Origin: Kiritimatiellia bacterium
GTDB taxonomy: Bacteria > Verrucomicrobiota > Kiritimatiellia > UBA8416 > JAWODU01
Assembly: GCA_046483125.1 (NCBI GenBank)
Contig: JAWODU010000027.1
Coordinates: 1 to 63,500, forward strand
DNA: 63,500 bases
Direction of reading: 5' to 3'
Shown here: positions 9,073 to 19,170 of the stretch, piece after piece
Layout: every line of letters starts with the position of its first letter
How positions within the stretch are numbered: position 1 is the first letter of the stretch
Notes under the pieces: model-generated
What the model was told of the DNA's origin: nothing
Databases searched by the model: none
The model's input: only the letters and a program-made list of their open reading frames with translations
Program-made: the position numbers and the translations under genes

Positions 9073-10929
9073 ATGGCGAATACACTGTACGTAAGCGTGA
9101 ATGGGTCGGACGCTGAGACCGGCACGGATAAACCGCTGGCCAGTCTGTCGGCCGCACTGGAGCGATCGAGGCAAACGGGCATCAAGAGGATAGTTGTCGG
9201 CCCCGGCCGCTACTTCGACGTCGGTCTCGTGCTGAAACCGGAGGATTCCGGTCTGACCATCACGGGCAGTGGTGAAGGCCGGACCATTCTTTACGGCGGA
9301 TGCAAGGTCGAGAACTGGCAGAAGGATGGTCATTTCCTGTTCGCGGAACTGCCCGGAATAAGCGCGAGGGATTGGGATTTCCGGGCTTTTGTTGTAAATG
9401 ACAGGCTCTGTCCCCGCGCGCGCGTACCCGAAACCGGAACTTTTCAGCACCTGAGCGAGTTTGACGTCCGCTGGCTGAGCACCACCGATGGAGGATGGGA
9501 ACGCAGGCCCACGGAATACGAGCTGACACACATGCGATACGGACCGGAGGATCTGGATCCATGGCTCGACGTGAACAACGCCGAACTGACGATATTCCAT
9601 TGCTGGGATGAATCGCTCGTGGGCCTCTCTGAGGTGAACCGGGAAGAACACGAACTTGCTTTTCGCAACCCGTCCCATCATCCGCCGGGCGGCTTCGCGG
9701 GTTCGCACGAGCAGGCAAGGACCTATGTCGTCTGGAACGTGCGGGAGGGCATGAAAAAGCCCGGGCAGTGGTACCTTGACAGATCCGCCGGAAGGCTTGT
9801 CTACTGGCCGTTGCCGAGTGAGACGGCGGAAAATATATTGGCCGTTGCCCCGACAACGGGGTCCATCATCAGGCTCGCCGGGACGGAGAGTGAACCGATC
9901 ACAGATGTCACAATCAGCGGCCTGACGCTGTCGGCAACAACCACGCCCCTTCTGGCGGCCGGCTACGGAGGTAATGTTTATCCGGGAGCGATCGACGGCG
10001 GTCATTTACGCGGATGCACGTTTTCCGATCTGGATATCCGGGCGGTCGGCGGTCACGGCATTCGCATATTCCGGTTCACGGATCTGGATGTGTCCCGGTG
10101 TCACGTCCATCACACCGGCACGGGCGGGATCTACTGCCGGAGTCGAGGTGACGGTCTGACCGTGCGCGAAAACTACGTTCACGATGTGGGACTGCTATTT
10201 CCAAGCGGCATAGGAATCAGCTGTAGCGCGCGACATCTGGTGATTCAGCATAACCGCATTCACGATACTACTTATTCCGGTCTTGTATCCGGGGGTTCCC
10301 CGGAAGGCGACATTTCGTACAACCGGTTCGAGCGCGTGATGACAGCTCTGCGGGACGGAGCCGCGATATATATCTTTGCCGGCCGCAGAATGCGGATTCA
10401 CCGCAATGTGGTTCGTGATATCGACAGCCAGCTCGGGCACGGCTACTACCTTGATGAACGGAGTGAGGGCTGTATTGTTGAGAATAATCTTGCCGTGAAC
10501 TGTCCGTGGCCCTCTCACAATCATATGGCAAAGGACTGCACGATCAGGAACAACGTGTTCATCAGCAATGGGCCAATGAACGTCAGTCTTCTCAGGTGCC
10601 GGGACTTCACGTTCGAAAGAAATGTATTGAAGGCGCGGGAACAGGTCTCGTTTACGGGTCCGCCAAATGCCTTCGCGAAAATGCAGGACAACGTGATATT
10701 CAGCGGGGAAGGCAGGTACGTTCGAGCGGTTACCGGCATGGAGAATTACGTGAACGTGAAGGAGGAGGAATTTGAGGCCGTTGATGGAACGGTTCTGAGG
10801 GATCCGATGATAGAGGATTCGTCCTCGGAGCATATCAGCTACCTTCCCGAAAGCCCGGTGTCGGAGCTTGGAATCAAGCCCCACGACTTTTCAGGAGCAG
10901 GGCGGCTGAAAACGCGCCGCGTTAGCTGA
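9073..10929 (+). CDS. Right-handed parallel beta-helix protein (putative polysaccharide lyase/hydrolase)
   Basis: LYVSVNGSD start, repeated IxHNRIHD/ISYNRFE/IHRNVVRD coils, DGAAIY and YYLDE motifs. Confidence 0.85.
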   Translation: MANTLYVSVNGSDAETGTDKPLASLSAALERSRQTGIKRIVVGPGRYFDVGLVLKPEDSGLTITGSGEGRTILYGGCKVENWQKDGHFLFAELPGISARDWDFRAFVVNDRLCPRARVPETGTFQHLSEFDVRWLSTTDGGWERRPTEYELTHMRYGPEDLDPWLDVNNAELTIFHCWDESLVGLSEVNREEHELAFRNPSHHPPGGFAGSHEQARTYVVWNVREGMKKPGQWYLDRSAGRLVYWPLPSETAENILAVAPTTGSIIRLAGTESEPITDVTISGLTLSATTTPLLAAGYGGNVYPGAIDGGHLRGCTFSDLDIRAVGGHGIRIFRFTDLDVSRCHVHHTGTGGIYCRSRGDGLTVRENYVHDVGLLFPSGIGISCSARHLVIQHNRIHDTTYSGLVSGGSPEGDISYNRFERVMTALRDGAAIYIFAGRRMRIHRNVVRDIDSQLGHGYYLDERSEGCIVENNLAVNCPWPSHNHMAKDCTIRNNVFISNGPMNVSLLRCRDFTFERNVLKAREQVSFTGPPNAFAKMQDNVIFSGEGRYVRAVTGMENYVNVKEEEFEAVDGTVLRDPMIEDSSSEHISYLPESPVSELGIKPHDFSGAGRLKTRRVS

Positions 10930-10964
10930 GAAGAGCATTTCATCCGGAAGGGAGGAGTCCACTC

Positions 10965-13043
10965 ATGAAGAAGCTGAAATGCAGGATCAGTGTTGATGTA
11001 AAGCCTTTTGAATCCGTCGCCGGAGCGGCCGGGGCAGAGAAGAGGGTCGAGTGGCACAGGGGCGGACCGAAATCAACTGCCTGCACGCTGGGGTATGCCG
11101 CAAAGGAGCTGGCTTCACACTTGCGGCAGATCGGACGTCGACTCGATATTCCTGCGAGCGTCACGTGGAGCAGTAAGAAGACACCCGGAGTTCTCAGAAT
11201 CCAGCTTGGTGTTGTTTCCGCATCGGCCGGCTTCGTTCCCGCCGTTCCCGTTTCTCTGAGCAGGCGTCTTGCGGATCCGCAGTCTTTTGCCATTCGGGCC
11301 ATGGGCACAAGGTCCGACCCCGTGATTCAGATATGCGGCGGATCGCGGACGGGACTCCTCTACGGCGTTTACTCATACCTCGAGTGGCTCGGGTTCCGGT
11401 GGCTCGATTTCGATGACCGGGAGGCATCACTGAAGTTTCGCGGCTGTCTGTGGAGGAAGTCGCTCAAGGTCATTGATAAACCCGACTTTCCTCTGCGCGG
11501 ATTCCATACGGGACAGCGGCGTGCATCGAAGAAGTTGCTCGTGTGGTGCGCGAGGAACAGGGTCAATTACTACGGACGGCAGGATGATCTCTGGCCGCTC
11601 CAGCGCAAGCTGGGAATGTTTCTGTCCGCGGAAGGCCACATTTTTCACCGAATCTTCGATCCCGGTAAGAAGACGGGGCGGGGCAAGACATTGTTCGATA
11701 AACATCCGGACTGGTTTTGTCTGCGTGACGGGAAACGACAACCTCTTGTCGGCCGACCGTGTCTCGGTAACCGCGAAGCAGTGGCTTACCTGATTGAGGA
11801 ATGGATCAAGGCGTACCGCTCCTTCCTGCCCTGTGTGGATGCCGTCCGGCTATGGCCGCAGGACTTCTGGGACCAGTGGTGTGAATGCGATAAATGTCGA
11901 CGACTGGGTTCCCGAAGCGATCAGTTACTCCGTATAGCCCACGCGGTGCGCCGCAGGCTGGACAAGGAGAGAAGTTCGCCTGGCGACGGACGAGACACAA
12001 AGATTTTCATCTGCGCCTACGGCGGATCGGGGACCCTGGATCCTCCGGAATCAGCGCTTCCCCGCGGTTTCGATAAGAAGGGTGTGGTAGTCGAGTATTT
12101 CCCGATCAACCGATGCTATAACCACTCGCTGGAGGATCCGCGCTGTACCGAGATCAACAGGCGATACAGGAATACACTGTCCGGTTGGCGCCGCACGGGT
12201 CTTCCGCTGATCATGGGCGAGTACTACAACGTGAGTATGAATGTCAACCTGGCAATGGGGTTCAACCGCGTTATGGATGCCGATCTGAAGGCCTATGCTC
12301 GCATGAAGCTCGACGGCGTTCATTACATGCATGTTCCACAGCAGACATGGGGGCCGCGTGCATTGACGCAGTGGCAGTTTGCGCGACAGCTGTGGTGCGC
12401 CGCAGAACCGGGGAGAAGAATCAGGAACGCCTACCTGAAAAGACGGTACGGGGACCTGGCGGATCGGGCCAGGAAAGCTTACGACGATCTCGAACGGGCC
12501 ACGGGCAATATCAATCTTCTGACCAGTTGGATCGACGCCTCCGTGGTCATCAGGCTGAGGCGCCTTTTCTGTCATACGTATATGGGCGATCTCAGCACAC
12601 AGAATCTGTTCGTGCTCGATCACTTCGACCTGTTTGACCGTGAAGAAACAGTGCCCGGGTACGGGGTTGGGAGTCTTCAAGCCATGGTCCGGCTTCTTAA
12701 TCGTTCGAAGAAGCAATTTGTGTCGCTCCGGAAGCGTGCGGATACACCGGCATTGTGCAAGGTTCTTCGGGACGACGCCTTACTCCTTGGGTACACGTGC
12801 GAGTTTGTTCAGCTCAATTACCGGCTCGCGCTTTACTGGTTCTATGCTAAGGAACAAGGTGCGTCCTCCGGGCAGGCGCGCCTGCATCTCCGGAAGGCCC
12901 GCTCATCCTGCAGGAAGCTGGACAAGCTGGTAACTGACGGACTTGACATCGGTCATCGCGCTCTCGCGACGACCCACATCGACGATTTACTTTGCTCCAT
13001 CCAGCCGGAAAGCGGTCTGGACCGCGTCACACACTCCAAGTAG
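10965..13043 (+). CDS. DUF4838-like putative glycoside hydrolase with GH67/GH20-type N-terminal domain
   Basis: GLLYGVYSYLEWLGFRW, PDFPLRG, KHPDWF, WCECDKC motifs. Confidence 0.7.
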   Translation: MKKLKCRISVDVKPFESVAGAAGAEKRVEWHRGGPKSTACTLGYAAKELASHLRQIGRRLDIPASVTWSSKKTPGVLRIQLGVVSASAGFVPAVPVSLSRRLADPQSFAIRAMGTRSDPVIQICGGSRTGLLYGVYSYLEWLGFRWLDFDDREASLKFRGCLWRKSLKVIDKPDFPLRGFHTGQRRASKKLLVWCARNRVNYYGRQDDLWPLQRKLGMFLSAEGHIFHRIFDPGKKTGRGKTLFDKHPDWFCLRDGKRQPLVGRPCLGNREAVAYLIEEWIKAYRSFLPCVDAVRLWPQDFWDQWCECDKCRRLGSRSDQLLRIAHAVRRRLDKERSSPGDGRDTKIFICAYGGSGTLDPPESALPRGFDKKGVVVEYFPINRCYNHSLEDPRCTEINRRYRNTLSGWRRTGLPLIMGEYYNVSMNVNLAMGFNRVMDADLKAYARMKLDGVHYMHVPQQTWGPRALTQWQFARQLWCAAEPGRRIRNAYLKRRYGDLADRARKAYDDLERATGNINLLTSWIDASVVIRLRRLFCHTYMGDLSTQNLFVLDHFDLFDREETVPGYGVGSLQAMVRLLNRSKKQFVSLRKRADTPALCKVLRDDALLLGYTCEFVQLNYRLALYWFYAKEQGASSGQARLHLRKARSSCRKLDKLVTDGLDIGHRALATTHIDDLLCSIQPESGLDRVTHSK

Positions 13044-13055
13044 ACTTTTCAAACC

Positions 13056-14516
13056 ATGTTGAAGCAGAAGAGAACACTCTACGCTTTCGAATCCGACGCG
13101 TTGGAGGAAACCGCCAATCTCACCCTCTGTCTCAAGGAGCCTGCCCCCGACCCGGACAACCCCGTTGTGCCGCTGGGGGCGAACGGCGAGCCGGATGAAG
13201 ACAAACTCTGCTACACCGCATCCGTCGACCGTCGAGGCGAAGGCTACGGTATGTGGTACCAGGCACAGGACAGTCGGCGCCGTCTGACCCGATGCTTCGC
13301 CTCGAGCCTCGACGGCTTCGAATGGAAGAAGCACGGAGTTATCGGCGAAGGACTGTTCAACACCCTGGGCAACAGCTTCAATGTGTACAACGACGAAGAT
13401 CGTTTTCTTGCGCCTCTCACTTCGCTCGGGACCGATCCATCGATCGATCCCGCTTACGCGGCACTGCAGGCGGAAGATGTCCCCGACGAGCGGCGCAAGA
13501 CTGCAATCGAAAACTCACTGGCAAAAAGCGGACGATGCGGGGTAACCACGTTCGTGGGTATAGCGACGAGCGATGACGGACTTGACTGGAAACTTCCGCC
13601 GCGGACACCGCGTCTGCCCATGATGCTCGAAGCTCCGTGGATCTACCGGTTCCGGGGCCACTACATCATGAACGCCCAGACCCACGGCGCCTGGTTCGAT
13701 CCGCCGGTGTCCGGCGTACGGCGTGTGGCGTTTTTCACAAGCGATGACCTGGTCAACTGGAAACTCCAGCCCGGGTACATGAAGAACACGGCGCATGAAG
13801 CCATCAAGGGCATGACGCATGTAGGCGTCGTGCCGATCAAACGCATCGATGAACGACTGCTCATAGGACTGGGCGGACGATTCGACGACGAGCCCGAGTT
13901 GCCGCAACAGCATTTTGAGGTTACGCTTCTGTATTCGACCGACGGATTGGACTGGAAGCCCATGGTCCCCCAAGTCGAAAGAAGAAACTGGATCCGGCGC
14001 GGCCGGCCCGGTGAATGGGATTTCGGCGGGGTAACCGGCATGGGAATGACGGAGAAGGGGGACCGGGCCGCCGCATATTACAGCGGCACAACAATCGGGA
14101 ACGGCAGTCACGCCTTTCCTCCGTACGATCCGGGCCCGTGCCGGGTCGGCCGGGTATGTTTTACGCGTGATCGTTTCGCTGCGCTTCAACCGGCCGTCGG
14201 ATGGAACGCCATCTTCGAGCACGCGCAGGCCGGCGGCGCGTCGGGTTCATTAATGACGAAGCCGATCGAGCTCTCGACGGATCGACCTCTTACGCTGAAC
14301 CTGGAGATTCCTGACGGGGCGGGGGCGGAGGTGAAAGTCGAAGTGTTAAGCTCTGGGGGTACGGTATGTGACTCCGCGAAGGTGCAGGAGGGCGGTGTCG
14401 GAGTACCGGTGCCGCTGGAGAAACCGGCGCCGCGGGAGCCTGTGCGTCTCCGTCTCACGCTGAGCGGTGGTACTGCGCCAGACCGCGTGCCGCGCCTGTT
14501 TGCAATTGAATACTAA
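13056..14516 (+). CDS. Five-bladed beta-propeller glycoside hydrolase-like protein
   Basis: Repeated S-x-D-G-x-x-W Asp-box units (SLDGFEW, SDDGLDW, SDDLVNW, STDGLDW); C-terminal RDRFAAL / LTLN sandwich. Confidence 0.65.
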   Translation: MLKQKRTLYAFESDALEETANLTLCLKEPAPDPDNPVVPLGANGEPDEDKLCYTASVDRRGEGYGMWYQAQDSRRRLTRCFASSLDGFEWKKHGVIGEGLFNTLGNSFNVYNDEDRFLAPLTSLGTDPSIDPAYAALQAEDVPDERRKTAIENSLAKSGRCGVTTFVGIATSDDGLDWKLPPRTPRLPMMLEAPWIYRFRGHYIMNAQTHGAWFDPPVSGVRRVAFFTSDDLVNWKLQPGYMKNTAHEAIKGMTHVGVVPIKRIDERLLIGLGGRFDDEPELPQQHFEVTLLYSTDGLDWKPMVPQVERRNWIRRGRPGEWDFGGVTGMGMTEKGDRAAAYYSGTTIGNGSHAFPPYDPGPCRVGRVCFTRDRFAALQPAVGWNAIFEHAQAGGASGSLMTKPIELSTDRPLTLNLEIPDGAGAEVKVEVLSSGGTVCDSAKVQEGGVGVPVPLEKPAPREPVRLRLTLSGGTAPDRVPRLFAIEY

Positions 14517-14541
14517 TGGAATAACTCAGAAGGGAATTACC

Positions 14542-15406
14542 ATGGATTTATCGAAGCATTCGCTTTTCGCATCTCATACCGACCCCGGGTCCGGTGTTGT
14601 CAGCTAACTGCTCGACAAACGCGTCGCGCCGCACCAGCAGGGCTTCTACTTCGTCAACGACAGCATGTCGGCCGATGCCCGATACCTGTGGCTTTACTGC
14701 TTCTTCCCTCCTTCAGACGGAAAGACCCTTGCCGTCGCCGACCTCGAAAAGGGTACCGTCAACGAGTTCCGTGAAACCCAGTTCACGGGTGAGTCACCCT
14801 ATGTGACTCCCGAGACCGGCGAGGTGTACTGGGGGTGCGGGCCTGCGGTTTACCATCGCGGACCCGATCCCGACAGCTCGATCGAGATGATAAACCGTAT
14901 TCCCGAAGAAATAATTGCGGGACGCAGGATGGCAAGAATCGCGACACACCTGACGCGTTCGGCCGACGGCAAAGAGTTCTTTGTCGATGCCGCCATAGGC
15001 ATGGAGTCGGTCTTCGGTTCACTGCCGCTGGACGGAAGTGACTACCGGTTCTGGTACAGGTTCAACTTCAGTCACAACCACGCCCAGTTCAGTCCGACGG
15101 ATCCCGATATGGTTCTCTTCGCGATGGAACACCACAGGGACCAGCACCCTGTTTGCGGGCGACGCCAACAGGCGGTTCTATCGGGGATGTCCCAACACGG
15201 TGAACTTCCTCAACAGGAATACCGGCAAGTCGGTTCAAATAGCATCACATGAGGAAACGGGCGGCATTGTCGGCAGGAACTATCACATCGACCCGCATCC
15301 CCGGTTCTGCGCAAACGACACTTTCGTGGTCTACACCACAACCGTGAGGGGTCATGTCGACGTAGCCCTGGTTCCTGTCTCCGACCTGATTTCACGCACT
15401 CAGTAG
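14542..15406 (+). pseudogene. Oligogalacturonate-lyase-like beta-propeller pseudogene (paralog of 35608-36738)
   Basis: In-frame TAA at 14605-14607. After HHRD (~15142) there is a frameshifting deletion of roughly 85 codons relative to the intact paralog; the C-terminal HIDPHPRF motif is in another frame. Confidence 0.85.
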
Positions 15407-15450
15407 ACGGCTCTACGGCCCTTTTCCGTACGCTGGCTTGACGGCCACTT

Positions 15451-18400
15451 CTACGGGTCCGGAATCATGATGCGGTAGTAGGCTCCAGGCTCAGTACCGG
15501 TATCAGTATGTGTCCATTCCTGGATCGTTCCGGCCGTTCTCGGAACGATTTCCAGGTTGGTCCAGGAACCTTCCATAAGACTTGACCTGTATTGCACCCT
15601 GAAGGGTTCCACAACCCCGTAGTTCGTGCTGCCGTACCATTTCAGCAGAATCTGGTTGGTCTGTTGCTGGATCGTGGAGAACTGCAAACAGGATGCGGTA
15701 TTCGTAGGATCCGTTCCCGCCCGGTACTCCTCCCAGTTCGTCAGACCGTCGGCATCACCGTGGCCGTCCGGTTCCGCACTGGTCGCATCGCCGAAATATG
15801 CCGTTTCCCAGTCGTCCGGAAGACCGTCGCCGTCGGTATCCTCTATGGTATCGGTTACTGTCACAACCAGGTTTGTGGTATCGGTGTTGGAGCCGTCGTA
15901 GACCGTGAGCACAACCGTATATGTGCCCGGATTATCAAATGTGTGGCTCGGATTCTGTTCCGTGGAGTCCGTAACGGCATCGTTATTGAAATCCCAGGCG
16001 AAAGTGTAGCCTTCGCCAAGGCTGGCGTTCAGCTCCAGTTCGGCAAGCTGTACCGAGTTGGCGGAACCGGGATTGTACACACTGTCGATCTGTAAGCGGT
16101 AAATGTTCCAATCGCCGGGGTTGGAGCATGTGTAGCTGTTGGTCTGAAATCGCGAAGAAAACACTTCACCCAGTCGCTGATCCACGATCGACCAGTTGGT
16201 TCCGCCGTCGTTCGATCCCAGCAACTGCCAGTCCGACGGATCGCGTTCAGGAGCATCGTTTGCCGATGTAAGCGCATATTCGGTGACCCGCTGGCGGGCA
16301 TTCGTTGCGTACTGGTACTGTATCCAGCTCGATCGGTTGGTGGTATCCGGCGAGAAGTCAAGCCACTTGGTCGTGTGCGAGTTGTCAAAAGCCTTGGGCG
16401 CGCCTTCGCTGGTGCCGTTTGCGCCGCGGGCACTGATGGTGCCGGAGCCGTCGTCCGTGGTGTCGAACTTACCCGTAATCGGGTTGCCGCCGGAAGCACT
16501 GCCCGAGAAAGCCACCGTGAGCGGGGCTTCTCCGCTCAGGACATCGGCATCCGCATCCGCGGCCAGGGGCGAGCCGACGTTGATGGTAACCGTTGCCGGC
16601 GCACTGTCGGTCCAGCCGTCATTCGCGGTGAAGGTGAAACTGTCCTCGCCGGAGTAGCCGTTCGTCGGCGTATAGGTAACAGCGGGGGGCGTTCCGGTCA
16701 CACTGCCGCCCGAGGGCTGTGTCTCAATGGTAAACGTAAGCGGATCGTCATCAGCGTCACTGCCTGTAAGAACGATATCCACAGGCGTTTCGTAGGGCGT
16801 CTGCGCTGTCTTGTTGTCGGCGACGGGCACGCTGTTGGTTCTGACCGTAATCTCGGCAGTGCCGTCTTCGCCTCCTGCCGAAGCCGTAACGGTGTGAGGG
16901 CCGCCGGGAACGGAGCCCGCGGTGAACAGGCCTGAAGCATCGATCGTACCGCCGCCCGAAACAGCCCAGCCGGGGGTCAGGCCCATTGACGCGCCAAACT
17001 GATCAAGAACCACAGCGTCGAACTGCTGAGTCGCAAGCACTTGGATCGAGGCGGTTGCGGGCGATACGGAAACCGTGGTGATGGTCTGGGTAACGGTAAC
17101 TTCCGCGTAGGACGTTGCCGTCAGAAAGTCTTCGTCACGGGCCGTTACGCGCAGACTGTATTCTCCCGGGCCCGAGAACGTAACGGTGTTGCTCTTCGCG
17201 GCATTGCTGAAGTTCTCGCTGAATGTCGGATCGGAAATACCGGCGGGTTTGCTCTTTGTGGACCAGGTATATATAAGGTTCGTCTCGCCCCCGTCATCGG
17301 TCGCCGTAACGGACAGTGACGCCTGAGTGCCGGGTACCGGGTTAGGGCTGCAGGTAACATCCGCTATTTGAGGCGGTTGGTTTACACCCGTACCTACAGT
17401 GAGGAAAACGCCCTGGCTGTTGTTGACATAGGTTCCGGTGACGCCGGGATGAAGCCGGACGGCGCGAACCTGGTACAGCGCGGGGTCGATGGGGCTGGGG
17501 TCCGTCCAGCTTGTGTCGGTAATCGGATCGGTGGTCATGCGGACAAAGCTTCCGTACATATCGGAAGCGCGATAGACGTGATAACCGAGGAACCCGGAAA
17601 GTCCGGCATCTTCCGATGCTGTCCACGAAATCGTGCTGTTGGTACTCGACAGGTTCAAGGGCGGCGCCAGGACATGCATGCGCAGGGCGGGATCGCCGAG
17701 AAACGCCGAATGAACGGTGCCATAGTACCAGCTGTACCCGCTTCGCGAATAGAAATTCCTGAGCACGTCGTCTCCGATGGGATATCCCATGCCCATCAGT
17801 GTGAATTTCCAACTGGGACGGGCTCCCCACACACAGGTCAGGCCGGCGCCGGAACTGGCCAGGGAGGCCCGCATGAAATTGTTCGCCGAATCGTAATCAC
17901 CGAAGTAACTGCCGAAAAACTGCAGAAAGACGGCTTGGGGCGATTGACTCGCAAAATCCGACGTGTTTCCGATTCCGGAACAGCTTGAGTAAGAACCTCC
18001 GCCCGAACCGTAAGCCCACAGGTATGTTTGATTGGCCGTATCGGAAAAGAAATCTCCTTCATATACATTCGTGATTCCCACTAGTGTGCCAAGACGATAA
18101 CCCGACATACCGTAAGTGAAACGCCCGTTGAAGCCGTCCTTGATAAGGCACCGTTCATCGTAAGTCGTTTCCTTGTGCCGAAACGCATGATTCTTGTTGA
18201 GATAACGGCGCAGGAGTTCGGTTTCTGTTTCCGGAAACGTGCTCATCGCCGACATGTCCACGCGCCCCACGGAATAAGCGAGGTTATCCCGAGCACTGGA
18301 AATGACGTATTCCCCCCACAGCTTTCCGTCGCCCGGCTCCATCTTATTGCGGCCGTATCCTGTATAGTATGTCTGTGTATTCGCCAACCAGTTAGTCCGT

Positions 18401-19170
18401 GCAAGCGCATAAAGGGGATCTCCCGGCCACGCGTGTACGTGTGTATCGTGTCCGTCCGGTGCTTGGTCGCCGACAAAACAATAGGGTATGGCAACGCGTC
18501 CGAACAGGAGGACGGCCTTCAGGTCGTCAGGATGGGTGTTATATTCCGACCTGATGATTTCCCGAACATAGCTCCACTCGTTGGACGACGCGGCTTGCGC
18601 CGTGGTGGATTGCCGCGGCACGTTGTGCCGCGAAACCGTCCATCCGTCCCCGATGAGATCCTGTTCGAAACGGAAGAGTTCCGCTGCCAGTGCATTGGTC
18701 ATGGTTTCGTCGACAACAAGGAGAAAACGCCCGCGATCCTCAACCATGGAGATGTTTATCCCGACAGTGGCTCTGCCGTCGTAGGAGAGAGGGTCAGGGT
18801 AGTTATTATGATAATAGTGGATCTTGTAATCATACATCTGCCCCGGGACAACATTGGTATCCGTCAAGCTCGTGGTGGTTAGATCGAGGCTGTGTTCTTC
18901 TCCCCAGTCATAATATATATTCTGTATCTCGGTGTCGCTGACTTCCCGCCGGAAGTAGGAGAGGGTGGTCGTCTCATTGGTGTTGTTTCCAAGAGGGTCG
19001 TTCCAGTGAAGGGTTATCTGGGCCGGATCCTCCTGCATATCCGCCCATATCTTGACGGATGCCGTCTCGTTGTCGAGGGCAATGGCGGCGTTGGAAAGGG
19101 CCACGGTTAAAGTGAAGAATATGACAGTACGCTGAATCGTGTACAGAATGGCCCGGGGTCTTTCTTTCAT
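15451..19170 (-). CDS. Large secreted multidomain protein: gingipain/C25-like fold plus Ig/PKD, F5/8-like domains and Ca-binding C-terminal repeats
   Basis: Signal peptide; LLVVD...VLLFGRV...VGRV...FLGDPAL C25-like pattern; YTFAWDF PKD; AFDNSHTTKW / SANDAPERDP discoidin-like; DTDGDGLPDDWE and EYRAGTDP repeats. Confidence 0.75.
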   Translation of the reverse strand: MKERPRAILYTIQRTVIFFTLTVALSNAAIALDNETASVKIWADMQEDPAQITLHWNDPLGNNTNETTTLSYFRREVSDTEIQNIYYDWGEEHSLDLTTTSLTDTNVVPGQMYDYKIHYYHNNYPDPLSYDGRATVGINISMVEDRGRFLLVVDETMTNALAAELFRFEQDLIGDGWTVSRHNVPRQSTTAQAASSNEWSYVREIIRSEYNTHPDDLKAVLLFGRVAIPYCFVGDQAPDGHDTHVHAWPGDPLYALARTNWLANTQTYYTGYGRNKMEPGDGKLWGEYVISSARDNLAYSVGRVDMSAMSTFPETETELLRRYLNKNHAFRHKETTYDERCLIKDGFNGRFTYGMSGYRLGTLVGITNVYEGDFFSDTANQTYLWAYGSGGGSYSSCSGIGNTSDFASQSPQAVFLQFFGSYFGDYDSANNFMRASLASSGAGLTCVWGARPSWKFTLMGMGYPIGDDVLRNFYSRSGYSWYYGTVHSAFLGDPALRMHVLAPPLNLSSTNSTISWTASEDAGLSGFLGYHVYRASDMYGSFVRMTTDPITDTSWTDPSPIDPALYQVRAVRLHPGVTGTYVNNSQGVFLTVGTGVNQPPQIADVTCSPNPVPGTQASLSVTATDDGGETNLIYTWSTKSKPAGISDPTFSENFSNAAKSNTVTFSGPGEYSLRVTARDEDFLTATSYAEVTVTQTITTVSVSPATASIQVLATQQFDAVVLDQFGASMGLTPGWAVSGGGTIDASGLFTAGSVPGGPHTVTASAGGEDGTAEITVRTNSVPVADNKTAQTPYETPVDIVLTGSDADDDPLTFTIETQPSGGSVTGTPPAVTYTPTNGYSGEDSFTFTANDGWTDSAPATVTINVGSPLAADADADVLSGEAPLTVAFSGSASGGNPITGKFDTTDDGSGTISARGANGTSEGAPKAFDNSHTTKWLDFSPDTTNRSSWIQYQYATNARQRVTEYALTSANDAPERDPSDWQLLGSNDGGTNWSIVDQRLGEVFSSRFQTNSYTCSNPGDWNIYRLQIDSVYNPGSANSVQLAELELNASLGEGYTFAWDFNNDAVTDSTEQNPSHTFDNPGTYTVVLTVYDGSNTDTTNLVVTVTDTIEDTDGDGLPDDWETAYFGDATSAEPDGHGDADGLTNWEEYRAGTDPTNTASCLQFSTIQQQTNQILLKWYGSTNYGVVEPFRVQYRSSLMEGSWTNLEIVPRTAGTIQEWTHTDTGTEPGAYYRIMIPDP

